A DNA stretch of 32,000 nucleotides from Caedibacter taeniospiralis (GTDB lineage: Bacteria > Pseudomonadota > Gammaproteobacteria > Francisellales > Francisellaceae): assembly GCF_002803295.2 (NCBI RefSeq), contig NZ_PGGB02000010.1, positions 1 through 32,000 of the forward strand, read 5' to 3'. Shown in pieces: positions 1-9,618 of the stretch (positions are counted from its first letter, which is position 1; each line of letters opens with the position of its first letter). The position numbers were made by a program, and so were the translations under genes. Below the pieces are notes generated by a model, which searched no databases, had not been told where the DNA came from, and worked only from the letters and a program-made list of their open reading frames with translations.

Positions 1-174
1 TGCCTGTTTAATCGTGTCGATTAAAAGAGATTTACCAAAGCGTCTGGGACGCGAGAGGAAGTAGTATTTACCGTTCTCAGTCAAACGATAAACATGTTTT
101 GTTTTATCAACATAGATATAATCGCTGGTGATGATTTCTGCCAAACCAGAAATACCAATCGGAAGTTTTTTCAT
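1..174 (-). CDS. N-terminal part of an AAA-ATPase-like protein (PF09820-type, often fused to a PD-(D/E)XK/DUF1703 domain); continues beyond the window
   Basis: Reverse-strand translation MKKLPIGISGLAEIITSDYIYVDKTKHVYRLTENGKYYFLSRPRRFGKSLLIDTIKQA; YVDKT and FLSRPRRFGKSLL are hallmark N-terminal motifs of this family. Confidence 0.85.
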   Translation of the reverse strand, partial: MKKLPIGISGLAEIITSDYIYVDKTKHVYRLTENGKYYFLSRPRRFGKSLLIDTIKQA

Positions 175-322
175 GGGATTGAATCAAGCCATTTAAGATC
201 GCAAAAGTATAACAGCTCGTGAGCGTTAAAACTATCCTTGATTTAAGTCTGCGCCCAAAAGGCGCTCACGATGTCAAATGCAGATTACTTCGGGCGAATT
301 CCAAATTTGTGGACGATTGTAC

Positions 323-358
323 TTCCTTGTTCCCACGCAGGAGCGTGGGAGCAAGGAA
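323..358. repeat. Palindromic repeat TTCCTTGTTCCCACGC..GCGTGGGAGCAAGGAA
   Basis: 16 nt arms (15/16 complementary) at 323-338 and 343-358. Confidence 0.75.
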
Positions 359-425
359 TGTCGCTTCATACGACATATGTGTTGTGTCAGCTCTGGCAAA
401 TCACCCACACCACAATGGATAAAAC

Positions 426-1466
426 TTACTGAATGCTTCCATATTCATTTTCTGTGGTCTCCCTTCTTAATAAAGCAAGTTTTGCCTGATATGGAGGAAT
501 AATATTCCTTTGCCATACCTCTTTGAAAAAGTGTAATTCTTCATATTTCGTCAAAACATTATCGATATAGTGCATCACTCGTGGCAAGTAAGCTAAGTAA
601 TTTTTGCGCTTATTCTGCAAATCTTGACGGGTAAATATTCCTAGGCATTTCAAGTGCCGCTGCAACCCCATTAAATCAAACCATTGTGTAAAAAGTACTT
701 TTGTCACCGTTTCGTCAAGGTAACCTTCAGACTTCGCCAGAATATAAAAGTTGTCCACTTCCTTTTTCACAAACGTCTCTGGCAAAGTTAAATAACAATC
801 TCGCAAAATCGACACCAGATCGTAAGTAATGGGTCCATTAACCGCATCTTGAAAGTCAATCAAACCCAACGAATTCGACTGATACATGATGTTCTTACTG
901 TGAAAATCACGAAATACAAATACGTTAGGCTGCGCCATTGCGTTATCTACCAGAGTTTTTTGCAGCTCTTTGTATGATGTTTCAAGTTTCTGCAATGTAT
1001 CGGCATCCAAACCCAGCCACTGCCAAAACCAAAGCTTCATTACATCAAGCTCGCTCGCAAATTTACTTTCTTCATAATTGGGGAAAAGCATTTTCTCTAC
1101 TTGCCAAAACTTCGGAATGAGTGCTAACACATCCTGGTACAAAGACAGATCTTTTTGTTGATATATCGCATGATAAACTTGCGTGTCACCAAAATCGTCC
1201 AAAAGTAGAAAACCGCTTTCTTGATCATAGGCATAACACTGAGGTGCATTAAGCCCAAAATAGCGCAATAAGCGCGCAACTCTAAAAAAAACATCGGGTT
1301 TTTCGCGATCTAATGGCGCATCCATGACCACATAGCTTTTAGTGCCAACGCAAACACGATAATATTGGCGAAAACTCGCATCTCCAACGATTGGAACCAG
1401 AGCAGGTTTATCTATGGGGAAAAGCACTGATAACCACTCGGTAATCTGTAAAAATCTGGATTGCAC
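426..1466 (-). CDS. amgK: Aminoglycoside phosphotransferase-family sugar kinase, AmgK-like (anomeric MurNAc/GlcNAc kinase)
   Basis: 346 aa ORF; APH-like motifs VFRDFHSKNIMY and GLIDFQDAVNGPITYDLVSIL; divergent from lptD, a known arrangement for amgK. Confidence 0.8.
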   Translation of the reverse strand: MQSRFLQITEWLSVLFPIDKPALVPIVGDASFRQYYRVCVGTKSYVVMDAPLDREKPDVFFRVARLLRYFGLNAPQCYAYDQESGFLLLDDFGDTQVYHAIYQQKDLSLYQDVLALIPKFWQVEKMLFPNYEESKFASELDVMKLWFWQWLGLDADTLQKLETSYKELQKTLVDNAMAQPNVFVFRDFHSKNIMYQSNSLGLIDFQDAVNGPITYDLVSILRDCYLTLPETFVKKEVDNFYILAKSEGYLDETVTKVLFTQWFDLMGLQRHLKCLGIFTRQDLQNKRKNYLAYLPRVMHYIDNVLTKYEELHFFKEVWQRNIIPPYQAKLALLRRETTENEYGSIQ

Positions 1467-1571
1467 GACTTTTTCCTAGAAATCTAACAACAAAGCGATA
1501 GAATAGCAGTAGTTTTGGTTTGGCGAAACCTGGAATTCCTAGCAAATAAGCAAAAGGATAATATTTATTTA

Positions 1572-4196
1572 ATGAAATCATTAATCACCTTACATAGAAA
1601 AATTTTGCCTATGGCAATGCTTTGTGCAATCCCTGGGGCTGGATTGAGCAAAATCACCATTGATAACCCCCTGCAAAGATCATGGCAATGTACAGCTGAT
1701 GGCAACAGTTGGAAATGTGTTGAAATTAACAGTAATAATGCCGACTTGTTTAAAAAGGGTGTACTTCCCAAGGAAAAAAAACAAATTATCGCCGATGCCT
1801 TAGGTTGGGTACTCTCCAATAACCCCAATAATATTTGCGGCGGTTATTACTATCAACCCCCAGTTGAAAAAACACCATCTAACGAGGCAAAAGTCAATGC
1901 CCAGCAGTATCAGTATGCTCAAAGTGGGACGATTACCGCTGAAGGCGCCGTTGAGGTAAAAAAAGGCAATCAATACCTAAGCGCAGATAAAGCAATATTA
2001 ACGCAAAATAAAGACAAAAAGATTGATCAAATTGACTTGATGGGCAACGTGAATTTAAGCCAACCTGGACAACTTGCCATAGGCTCACAAGGTCAAGCAA
2101 ATATTAGTAGCAATACAGCCACCTTGGATGACACCTATTATTTAATGCGTGTGCGCCAAAAGCCAGGTGGCTCTATGGCAAATCTCACTGCTGATGAAGT
2201 GTGCAGTCAAGAAAACAACTTCACAGGCTTCGCTCATGGGCATGCGGATAAGATCATTCAAAACAGTAAGACCAGCTACTCACTTAAACACGCAACTTAT
2301 GCCACAGATAGTCCTTATGACAATACCTGGATGCTAAATGCCACAACGATTGATCTGGATCGTGAATCGGGTATAGGCACGGCATATAATGCGTTATTCT
2401 ATGTGAAAGATGTCCCGATTTTATACTGGCCTTATATGACCTTTCCAATCGATAATAGAAGACGCACTGGCTTCTTATACCCAACTGCAGGCTATAACAG
2501 CAATTCAGGCTATTTTTTATCCACACCATTTTATTGGAATATGGCACCTAACTATGACCTTTTGCTGACCCCAACGATATACAATCACCGTGGTGTTTTG
2601 CTTGATGGCAACTTTCGCTATCTCACGACAACACAAAGTGGTGAGCTAGATCTCGAATATATGCCACATGATCGTAGAGCAGGCATAGATCGTAAAGCAC
2701 TCTCGTTCACTGATAATGGTAAGTATGATCAAAACTGGTCAAGCTACCTTAATTATCAATATATCGGTGATAAAGATTTTTATAATGATTTTGACAGTGA
2801 CGACATGGGCTTATCGACACAAACCCTGCTCAATCGTCAGGCCTCATTGCGTTACAGCGACCCACATTGGAATATGAATACCACCGTACAGTCCTATGAT
2901 GTCATTGATGACACCATGTATCTTGCTAACCGCCCCTATTCAATGCTACCGCAAATCAATGCTAATGCTGCCTATCCAGGTCTTTTACCCCATCTGGATT
3001 TAAACTGGGACAACCAGTTTACTTACTTCTATAAGCCTGGTTTAAACAGCATTTCACAAGTACAAGGTCAGCGCTACTACAGCTCCCCTAAGCTCAACTT
3101 TCCCTTGCAAAAAACCTGGGGGTTTTTCACCCCTTCGGTGACTTTGTCAGAAACTGCCTACACATTGCAAAATCGAAGCGCTGTTGCTTTTACTGGTGCA
3201 ACCAACTTTAGTCAAAATCAATATCCACAGCAAAATATCACACGAAGCTTACCCATCATTAATCTCGATACGGGTTTGTATTTTGATCGCAAGTTCGGCT
3301 TCAATAACCATGAATACACACAAATCCTATCACCAAGACTGTTTTACACTTATATTCCTTATCAAAACCAAAGTAATATTCCCCTATTTGATACCTCTTT
3401 AAGTAACTTCAGCTATGCCTCTTTGTTCCAAACTAACACCTTCACGGGAATTGATCGCATTAATAATGCCAATCAACTCTCCTATGCGTTAGAGACATCG
3501 GTTAATGATCAGGCAACAGGAGTGAGTGTGCTTAGTGCTGGCATTGGTCAAATGGCTTATTTTACCGACCGCAAGGTTTCTCTTTGCTCAGGGACCGATG
3601 CAGACTGTGCCAACTCATATGTGCCATTTTATAATAGCAATTTTTCGGATGTTGCTGCCTTCTTAAACTATCGCTTTCTACCCAATTGGCAGCTGATGAC
3701 CTCGGGGACCTATAACCCGCAAAATAATAATGTTGACTCACAGACCTATCAGATTCAATATATGCCCGACACTGATCATGTATTTAATATCGGTTACCAG
3801 AATATTAAAAATAACTACGCAGCCCTTACCCCCGCGCAAATTCAGGCAAACACACTTCCTGATTCGCTATCACAGATCAGCTTTTCAAGCATATGGAAGC
3901 TCTCCCCGCACTGGTCAGTCACAGGTCTTTGGAGCTATGCCTTTAACTCCAGACACACCACCAACATGTTTGCAGGTATTCAATACGATGCCTGCAGTTG
4001 GGCGGTGAGATTCCTGGCACAACGTTATGTCAACTCATCCAGTAACCCAAATGATCCAAATAATATCACGGGACCTTTGACCAATGCCTTTATCGTTCAA
4101 TTTGAATTGAAAGGTTTAGGGGGAAGCAGTCAAAGCTCGCTTGATGAACGCCTCAGCATGATTCCAGGCTACACACCAAATGGTGGATTTAACTAG
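1572..4196 (+). CDS. lptD: LPS-assembly protein LptD (outer-membrane beta-barrel)
   Basis: Long ORF (track start 1515; likely start MKSLITLHRKILPM at 1572 with a signal-like N-terminus). OstA-like segment plus barrel motifs such as VPILYWPYMTFPIDNRRRTGFLYPTAGYNSNSGYFLSTPFYWNMAPNYD. Confidence 0.93.
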   Translation: MKSLITLHRKILPMAMLCAIPGAGLSKITIDNPLQRSWQCTADGNSWKCVEINSNNADLFKKGVLPKEKKQIIADALGWVLSNNPNNICGGYYYQPPVEKTPSNEAKVNAQQYQYAQSGTITAEGAVEVKKGNQYLSADKAILTQNKDKKIDQIDLMGNVNLSQPGQLAIGSQGQANISSNTATLDDTYYLMRVRQKPGGSMANLTADEVCSQENNFTGFAHGHADKIIQNSKTSYSLKHATYATDSPYDNTWMLNATTIDLDRESGIGTAYNALFYVKDVPILYWPYMTFPIDNRRRTGFLYPTAGYNSNSGYFLSTPFYWNMAPNYDLLLTPTIYNHRGVLLDGNFRYLTTTQSGELDLEYMPHDRRAGIDRKALSFTDNGKYDQNWSSYLNYQYIGDKDFYNDFDSDDMGLSTQTLLNRQASLRYSDPHWNMNTTVQSYDVIDDTMYLANRPYSMLPQINANAAYPGLLPHLDLNWDNQFTYFYKPGLNSISQVQGQRYYSSPKLNFPLQKTWGFFTPSVTLSETAYTLQNRSAVAFTGATNFSQNQYPQQNITRSLPIINLDTGLYFDRKFGFNNHEYTQILSPRLFYTYIPYQNQSNIPLFDTSLSNFSYASLFQTNTFTGIDRINNANQLSYALETSVNDQATGVSVLSAGIGQMAYFTDRKVSLCSGTDADCANSYVPFYNSNFSDVAAFLNYRFLPNWQLMTSGTYNPQNNNVDSQTYQIQYMPDTDHVFNIGYQNIKNNYAALTPAQIQANTLPDSLSQISFSSIWKLSPHWSVTGLWSYAFNSRHTTNMFAGIQYDACSWAVRFLAQRYVNSSSNPNDPNNITGPLTNAFIVQFELKGLGGSSQSSLDERLSMIPGYTPNGGFN

Positions 4197-4242
4197 CTGA
4201 GTCTGCCGCTTCACCCTATACGCTCCACCCGTACAATGGCTT

Positions 4243-5511
4243 TCAATGGAGCAAATCCTTAATATGCGCCTCCAAGCTTGCTATATAACTTGCAAGCGTT
4301 GTTTCATCCCGTTTTAACAGCATAATAAGCGCTTTGGCAAAACCTGAGATTAAGAGACTCATTGCTTGCGCTTTCGGAATACCTCTGGACTCGAGATAAA
4401 ACAAAGCCTGCTGATCCAGCTGCCCAATTGTCGCACCATGGTTGCAAATCACATCATCCGAATAAATCTCAAGCTCAGGTTTGGTATTAATTTCTGCCGT
4501 ATTGCTTAATTGGATGTTGCGGTTATTCTGCAACGCCTTAACGCCATACAAACCATGAGCAACATACGCTTTCGCGTTAAAAGTGGCTGAGGCTTTGTCT
4601 CCGACAACCCCTCGAAACAAAATATCACTTTGCGTGTTGGAGGCTAAATGTTTAACATTAAAACGATAATCTGCTTTGGCAGATGCTGCTAGGGTGTATA
4701 TGCCCTTAGCGTCAAAGCTCGCCCCTTCCTGCATTAGATCAATCTCAAATTCAACACGATTTAATGCAGCATACGCGCCAAGCTGGAAAGTCTCATATTG
4801 CGCACAGCACCCAATTGAAATGCTTAGTTTATGTGTAATGAGTAACTTCTGAAGACTCATATTCGCCAGCACATCATACGTACACTGCGCAAAATCCTGA
4901 AGCGTCACATCAGTCACGATATTTGCTGCTGAAAATTCTTCACCTAGCATGATATGATGTTCAGCAATCGTGCAAGCAGAAGATTTCTGCACAATGATGC
5001 TGTTATGATAATTTACCAACTTTGAGCTGCTATCTTTCGTATAAAGATAAGTCATGAGAATAGGCTTAGCTAACTTTATATTTTCTTTGAGCTCAATAAC
5101 AGTTCCTGCCAACGTTGATGATGCGTTTAATAAACTCAACGCATTTTTTGAGCCTGCTATGGTGATCTCTTGCGATGAAAGTCCCCCTTTGACTGTAAGT
5201 CCCTCCACCTGATCGCAATGTAGCAGAACTCCATCGACAAAAACAATATTATGTGCATCCATGTTTAAATTTACAAGACTAAGAACACTTCGCGCATCAA
5301 TATTGGCTTGCAGTTTAACCGTCTTAATACCATGCTTCTTATATAGGGCATCAAGGTCAGTATAACGCCAGCTTTCAGTCTTTTTTGTTGGAAAACCTTC
5401 TTGGACAAATGCCTGCCATAAATCTTGCCTGTTTTTGATTCCAGCACTATCTAAAAAAGCCAATTGTGCAAATGGGTGCTCTAATTGCAGCATTTTCTGC
5501 TCCTTATTCAT
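4243..5511 (-). CDS. sufD: Fe-S cluster assembly protein SufD
   Basis: ORF 4243..5583 with likely start MNKEQKMLQLEHPF at 5511; C-terminal YSDDVICNHGATIGQLDQQALFYLESRGIPKAQAMSLLISGF is a SufD/SufB signature; overlaps the sufC end by 8 nt. Confidence 0.93.
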   Translation of the reverse strand: MNKEQKMLQLEHPFAQLAFLDSAGIKNRQDLWQAFVQEGFPTKKTESWRYTDLDALYKKHGIKTVKLQANIDARSVLSLVNLNMDAHNIVFVDGVLLHCDQVEGLTVKGGLSSQEITIAGSKNALSLLNASSTLAGTVIELKENIKLAKPILMTYLYTKDSSSKLVNYHNSIIVQKSSACTIAEHHIMLGEEFSAANIVTDVTLQDFAQCTYDVLANMSLQKLLITHKLSISIGCCAQYETFQLGAYAALNRVEFEIDLMQEGASFDAKGIYTLAASAKADYRFNVKHLASNTQSDILFRGVVGDKASATFNAKAYVAHGLYGVKALQNNRNIQLSNTAEINTKPELEIYSDDVICNHGATIGQLDQQALFYLESRGIPKAQAMSLLISGFAKALIMLLKRDETTLASYIASLEAHIKDLLH

Positions 5512-6247
5512 TAATCCACGCGTAACCTTTATCTTCAAGCTCAAGAGCAAGCTCTCTGCCACCTGACTTGACCATTTTGCCATCGGCTAACACGTGGACA
5601 AAATCAGGAGCAATATAATTTAACAAACGCTGATAATGGGTAATGATAATAAATCCACGTTGACCGTTGCGCATATGATTGGCGCCTTTTGACACGACTT
5701 GTAAAGCATCGATGTCAAGACCAGAGTCCGTTTCATCTAAAATACATACTTTCGGCTCAAGCATCATCATTTGCAGCATTTCGTTGCGTTTCTTTTCCCC
5801 TCCTGAGAAACCTTCGTTAACTCCACGCTTCATGTATTTTTGATCCATTTGCAAAATATCCATATTAGTACGTAATTTTTTCATAAAACTCATTGCATCA
5901 AGCTCAGACTGTCCTTTGGCCTTGCGTAAACTATTGACTGCACTTTTTAAAAACTGAGTGTTACTCACCCCTGGAATTTCCACAGGGTATTGAAAACTTA
6001 AAAACATCCCCGCATGAGCGCGCTCTGAAGCATCGAACTCAAATAAATTCTGTCCATCCAGCAATACTTCGCCTTCAGTGACTTCATAGCCAGACTTCCC
6101 TGCTAACACATTGCCTAAGGTGCTTTTACCGGCACCATTAGGACCCATAATGGCGTGAACCTCGCCAGGGTTTACCGTGAGGTTGATTCCCTTTAGAATG
6201 ACTTTATTTTCCACCTTGGCATGTAAATTTTTAATCTCTAATAACAT
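5504..6247 (-). CDS. sufC: Fe-S cluster assembly ATPase SufC
   Basis: ABC ATPase with Walker A GPNGAGKS, signature FSGGEKKRNE and Walker B VCILDETDSGLDIDA; standard SufC length. Confidence 0.96.
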   Translation of the reverse strand: MLLEIKNLHAKVENKVILKGINLTVNPGEVHAIMGPNGAGKSTLGNVLAGKSGYEVTEGEVLLDGQNLFEFDASERAHAGMFLSFQYPVEIPGVSNTQFLKSAVNSLRKAKGQSELDAMSFMKKLRTNMDILQMDQKYMKRGVNEGFSGGEKKRNEMLQMMMLEPKVCILDETDSGLDIDALQVVSKGANHMRNGQRGFIIITHYQRLLNYIAPDFVHVLADGKMVKSGGRELALELEDKGYAWINE

Positions 6248-6340
6248 ATTCTTTGCTTCGCTTTTCTATTTTTCTATTTTTTGGCATATTGAGCGTATAT
6301 TGATACGCCCCTACAATCCTTGGATATATGTGATACGCCC

Positions 6341-7783
6341 CTACCCTATTGCACCCTCTAAACTGACTTCCATCAGTTTTTGTGCTTCAACCGCAAATTC
6401 CAAAGGTAGCTTTTTAAATACCTCTTTGCAAAAACCATTGACGATCATTGCCACCGCATCTTCTGCTGACATACCACGCTGGAGACAGTAAAACAACTGC
6501 TCATCGGAAATCTTGGACGTAGTTGCCTCATGCTCAATTTGTGCACTTTTCGATTTATTTTCAATATAAGGGTAGGTATGAGCGCCACAGTTGTGTCCAA
6601 TAAGTAATGAATCACATTGCGAGAAATTGCGTGCATTTTCCGCCGTTGGCAACATTCGCACCAGCCCGCGATAAGCATTTTGTGCATGCCCAGCTGAGAT
6701 GCCTTTTGAGATAATCGTGCTTCTGGTATTTTTACCCATATGGATCATCTTGGTTCCTGTGTCAGCTTGTTGCCTATGGCGCGTTAGTGCCACCGAGTAA
6801 AACTCACCAACACTGTTATCCCCTCGCAATATGACCGATGGATATTTCCAGGTAATGGCTGAACCTGTTTCCACTTGCGTCCATGAAATTTTAGCGTGAC
6901 TGCCTAAGCACGCCCCGCGCTTGGTGACAAAGTTGTAGATTCCCCCTTTGCCCTCTTTATCCCCTGGATACCAATTCTGCACGGTGGAATATTTAATTTC
7001 GGCATCCTTGAGTGCGATAAGTTCAACAACAGCTGCATGCAGCTGATTTTCATCGCGCATGGGAGCCGTGCAACCCTCTAAGTAGCTCACATAGCTGCCC
7101 TCATCGGCAATAATCAGTGTGCGCTCAAACTGCCCTGTATTTGAAGCATTAATCCGAAAATAAGTCGATAACTCCATGGGACAGCGTACCCCTTTGGGAA
7201 TATAGACAAAAGAGCCATCGCTAAACACGGCTGAATTTAGTGCCGCAAAATAATTATCAGTTTGTGGCACAACCGTGCCTAAATATTGTTGCACCAATTC
7301 TGGATATTTTTGTAATGCTTCCGAAATAGGACAGAAAATCACGCCCGCTTCAGCCAACTTCTCTTTGAATGTAGTCACCACGGATACGGAATCAAACACC
7401 GCATCCACCGCAATACCTGCCAGCATTTCCTGCTCATGCAAGGGAATACCCAACTTGTTATAGGTCTCAATCAACTCAGGATCCACCTCATTAAGGCTTT
7501 TAGGTCTGTCTACGTTAGATTTTGGCGCTGCATAGTAACTAAGGTTTTGGTAATTAATTGGTGCATACTTGACATGTGCCCAGGTTGGCTCCTTCATCTC
7601 CAGCCATTTATGATAGGCTTTTAAACGCCAGCCTAGCATAAACTCAGGTTCATTTTTACGCTTAGAAATTTGACGGATAATCTCCTCATCCAGTCCCACA
7701 CGAAACAACTCTTGTTCAATGTTGGTCACAAACCCATGCTTATACTCCTGCTCAAGAATCTTATTTATTTTGTCATCAGCCAT
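6341..7783 (-). CDS. sufB: Fe-S cluster assembly protein SufB
   Basis: 480 aa; [33 protein letters not shown] and [22 protein letters not shown] motifs. Confidence 0.97.
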   Translation of the reverse strand: MADDKINKILEQEYKHGFVTNIEQELFRVGLDEEIIRQISKRKNEPEFMLGWRLKAYHKWLEMKEPTWAHVKYAPINYQNLSYYAAPKSNVDRPKSLNEVDPELIETYNKLGIPLHEQEMLAGIAVDAVFDSVSVVTTFKEKLAEAGVIFCPISEALQKYPELVQQYLGTVVPQTDNYFAALNSAVFSDGSFVYIPKGVRCPMELSTYFRINASNTGQFERTLIIADEGSYVSYLEGCTAPMRDENQLHAAVVELIALKDAEIKYSTVQNWYPGDKEGKGGIYNFVTKRGACLGSHAKISWTQVETGSAITWKYPSVILRGDNSVGEFYSVALTRHRQQADTGTKMIHMGKNTRSTIISKGISAGHAQNAYRGLVRMLPTAENARNFSQCDSLLIGHNCGAHTYPYIENKSKSAQIEHEATTSKISDEQLFYCLQRGMSAEDAVAMIVNGFCKEVFKKLPLEFAVEAQKLMEVSLEGAIG

Positions 7784-8210
7784 GTTGCATGATCTCTTTA
7801 TCGTTGTACGGTTTTTTTATTAAATCTTCGATTGCAAACTCGCTTAGCGTAGCGCGGACTTTTTTATTGATAGCATGCCAATAGCTCCCCATCTGGCAAT
7901 TACCCACTGAGCATGATTTAAAACTTTGTGCACAACACTCGGTAAACGCAAGCTGTCCATCAATGGATTCAACTACGTCAAGCACCGATATAAAGCCAAT
8001 GTGTTTTGCCAGAGCATAGCCACCATCCGCACCACGTCTTGCCAATAAAATTCCGCTTATGCTTAATAACTTCACTATTTTTCGTACCGTTGGCAAATTA
8101 AGTCCTGTCATACTTATCAGCTCAGTTGCGCTGTATAATCGCTCAGGATTCTGAGCAAATTTCAATACGATCATCACGCCATAATCAGCAAGCTTACTTA
8201 CTTTTAACAT
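7776..8210 (-). CDS. Rrf2-family SUF system Fe-S assembly regulator
   Basis: Winged-helix Rrf2 N-terminus [17 protein letters not shown], cysteine cluster [14 protein letters not shown]; heads the suf operon and overlaps sufB by 8 nt. Confidence 0.88.
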   Translation of the reverse strand: MLKVSKLADYGVMIVLKFAQNPERLYSATELISMTGLNLPTVRKIVKLLSISGILLARRGADGGYALAKHIGFISVLDVVESIDGQLAFTECCAQSFKSCSVGNCQMGSYWHAINKKVRATLSEFAIEDLIKKPYNDKEIMQHG

Positions 8211-8242
8211 TAAATGGTACTAGCTTAGTCTCATATGCGCAA

Positions 8243-8310
8243 AGGTTAATGGGTTTTGAAGTATGTGTCAACGGATTATAACCAGCTTAAATAGACTTGA
8301 AGTCAAGCAA
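8243..8310 (-). promoter_or_regulatory. Putative suf operon promoter region with an imperfect palindromic operator-like site
   Basis: On the minus strand TTGACA (8271-8266), 17 nt spacer, TAACCT (8248-8243); nearby consensus TATAAT (8280-8275); near-palindrome CTTGAAGTCAAG at 8296..8307 (10/12 symmetric). Confidence 0.3.
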
Positions 8311-8314
8311 GATA

Positions 8315-8845
8315 CTAAATTTTTCCCACAGAATTTAGCGCTTGATATATTGTGCTAAATGGTAATATCAAAGAGTTAGGCTTATCTAATAACCTTATCG
8401 CACCAAAAGTTTCGTACCATTTTGCTGCTTTTTCATCTTTTGCATCAATTAGCATTGCCACCCCACCTGCCTGTGAAGCAACAAAAATACAACGCTTTCC
8501 AGCAGATAGCAGTAGTTGCCCTCCTAAACCAACTCCCTGATAATTAACATCAACCGCCAGTCTTGCTAAACGAAACACGGGAATTTCGTGTCTAGCCAAG
8601 CCTTGTGTTAATTTTTGCGGTGCTGCATTGTAAGCAATAGACGCGGGACTTAACGTATAATATCCCATTACTTTACCATCATAATCATTAATGGCTACAT
8701 ACGTTTTAGCCACCCCCTTATCATGATTTTGTCTTGCATATTTCACAAAAAAACCATTCAACTCACCATTACCACAATTAAATGATTGCCAATCATGAGT
8801 TGTTGCAATGGCTTCTTCATGCCATGCCATAGGCTTTATACTCAT
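8315..8845 (-). CDS. GNAT-family acetyltransferase, TacT/AtaT-like toxin candidate
   Basis: 176 aa; GNAT motif RLARLAVDVNYQGVGLGGQLL and overlap of 4 nt with an upstream DUF1778 antitoxin-like gene. Confidence 0.88.
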   Translation of the reverse strand: MSIKPMAWHEEAIATTHDWQSFNCGNGELNGFFVKYARQNHDKGVAKTYVAINDYDGKVMGYYTLSPASIAYNAAPQKLTQGLARHEIPVFRLARLAVDVNYQGVGLGGQLLLSAGKRCIFVASQAGGVAMLIDAKDEKAAKWYETFGAIRLLDKPNSLILPFSTIYQALNSVGKI

Positions 8846-9126
8846 TTTATTGTATATTTAGGGAGATCAAATGCTGCTTTCAACATTTTTGCATTGGGTT
8901 TCTGAGGATCGTCCAGCAGTTTCATGACTTCTATACTATCCCTTTTACTTAATTCAATTCTCTCATTCTCCTCAATCACCCTATGAGCTGCTGATATGGA
9001 ATTTTTTAAAACAAATTCCGTCAAATTGACATGAAGCAAACTTGCCGCCTTCATTAACAAACCCTTTTCCTCGATGTTAATACGTAACGACATTCTCTCA
9101 TTGTGTTTAACTACAGCTTGTGGCAT
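8842..9126 (-). CDS. DUF1778 ribbon-helix-helix antitoxin (TacA/AtaR-like)
   Basis: ORF 8842..9153 with likely start MPQAVVKHNERMSLRINIEEKGLLMKAASLL at 9126 behind a GGAG ribosome-binding site; C-terminal toxin-neutralising segment FDLPKYTIK. Confidence 0.87.
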   Translation of the reverse strand: MPQAVVKHNERMSLRINIEEKGLLMKAASLLHVNLTEFVLKNSISAAHRVIEENERIELSKRDSIEVMKLLDDPQKPNAKMLKAAFDLPKYTIK

Positions 9127-9162
9127 AGCCCTCTCCTTTTTGTGCACATTCAAGTTGTACGT

Positions 9163-9190
9163 GCATTATAAGCAATTTCAACTTAAAAGC
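9163..9190 (-). promoter_or_regulatory. Putative promoter of the GNAT/DUF1778 pair
   Basis: Minus strand TTGCTT (9190-9185), 16 nt spacer, TATAAT (9168-9163), 37 nt upstream of the antitoxin start. Confidence 0.45.
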
Positions 9191-9242
9191 AAACCACCAT
9201 CTAACTTTAAGGAGCTAGAATGAATAAATTCAACCAAGACCT

Positions 9243-9268
9243 CATTCCCATGCTCCTGCGTGGGAATG
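9243..9268. repeat. Palindromic repeat CATTCCCATGCTCCTGCGTGGGAATG
   Basis: Near-perfect hairpin; related to the palindrome at 323..358 (both built on TTCCCACGC/GCGTGGGA). Confidence 0.7.
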
Positions 9269-9459
9269 CGTAATTTTATACCCTAAGGTAAATTTTAAAA
9301 ATCTCGTCCCTTTAGGATCAAACTATAAAAATGCTTTGCAATTACTTTTTTCCACTGTACTCTGTTTGCTTAGAGATAAATTTTCGGCAAAAGTACCTAA
9401 TTAGATGCGTTTTTACAATCGTTCATTTGTGTTAAAAAGCAGCTTAAACGCTTGTGGAG

Positions 9460-9614
9460 CCTGTTGTTTATTTCCTTTATCCTGTTGCTGTCGATGTAGC
9501 AAGCCTAATTAAGGTTTTCTCATTGAGCGTTTGTTTTCAAACACAAAATAATCACCTTTAAATTAGGCTTTTCTCCACAGTTTTATTATTTTTGTAAATC
9601 AAACAACAGGATAA
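9460..9614 (+). promoter_or_regulatory. Structured 5' leader of the MFS transporter gene (nested and competing stems)
   Basis: CCTGTTGTTT (9460-9469) pairs with AAACAACAGG (9601-9610); TTATCCTGTTG (9477-9487) can instead pair with CAACAGGATAA (9604-9614), which includes the SD; internal AGCCTAATTAAGGT (9502-9515)/ACCTTAAATTAGGCT (9554-9568). Confidence 0.45.
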
Positions 9615-9618
9615 CAAT

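Noticed and set aside
278-502. ORFs 219..422 (+) and 278..502 (+)
   Set aside because: They overlap a palindromic repeat and the 3' end of the amgK-like gene, with no recognisable domain or clear ribosome-binding site.
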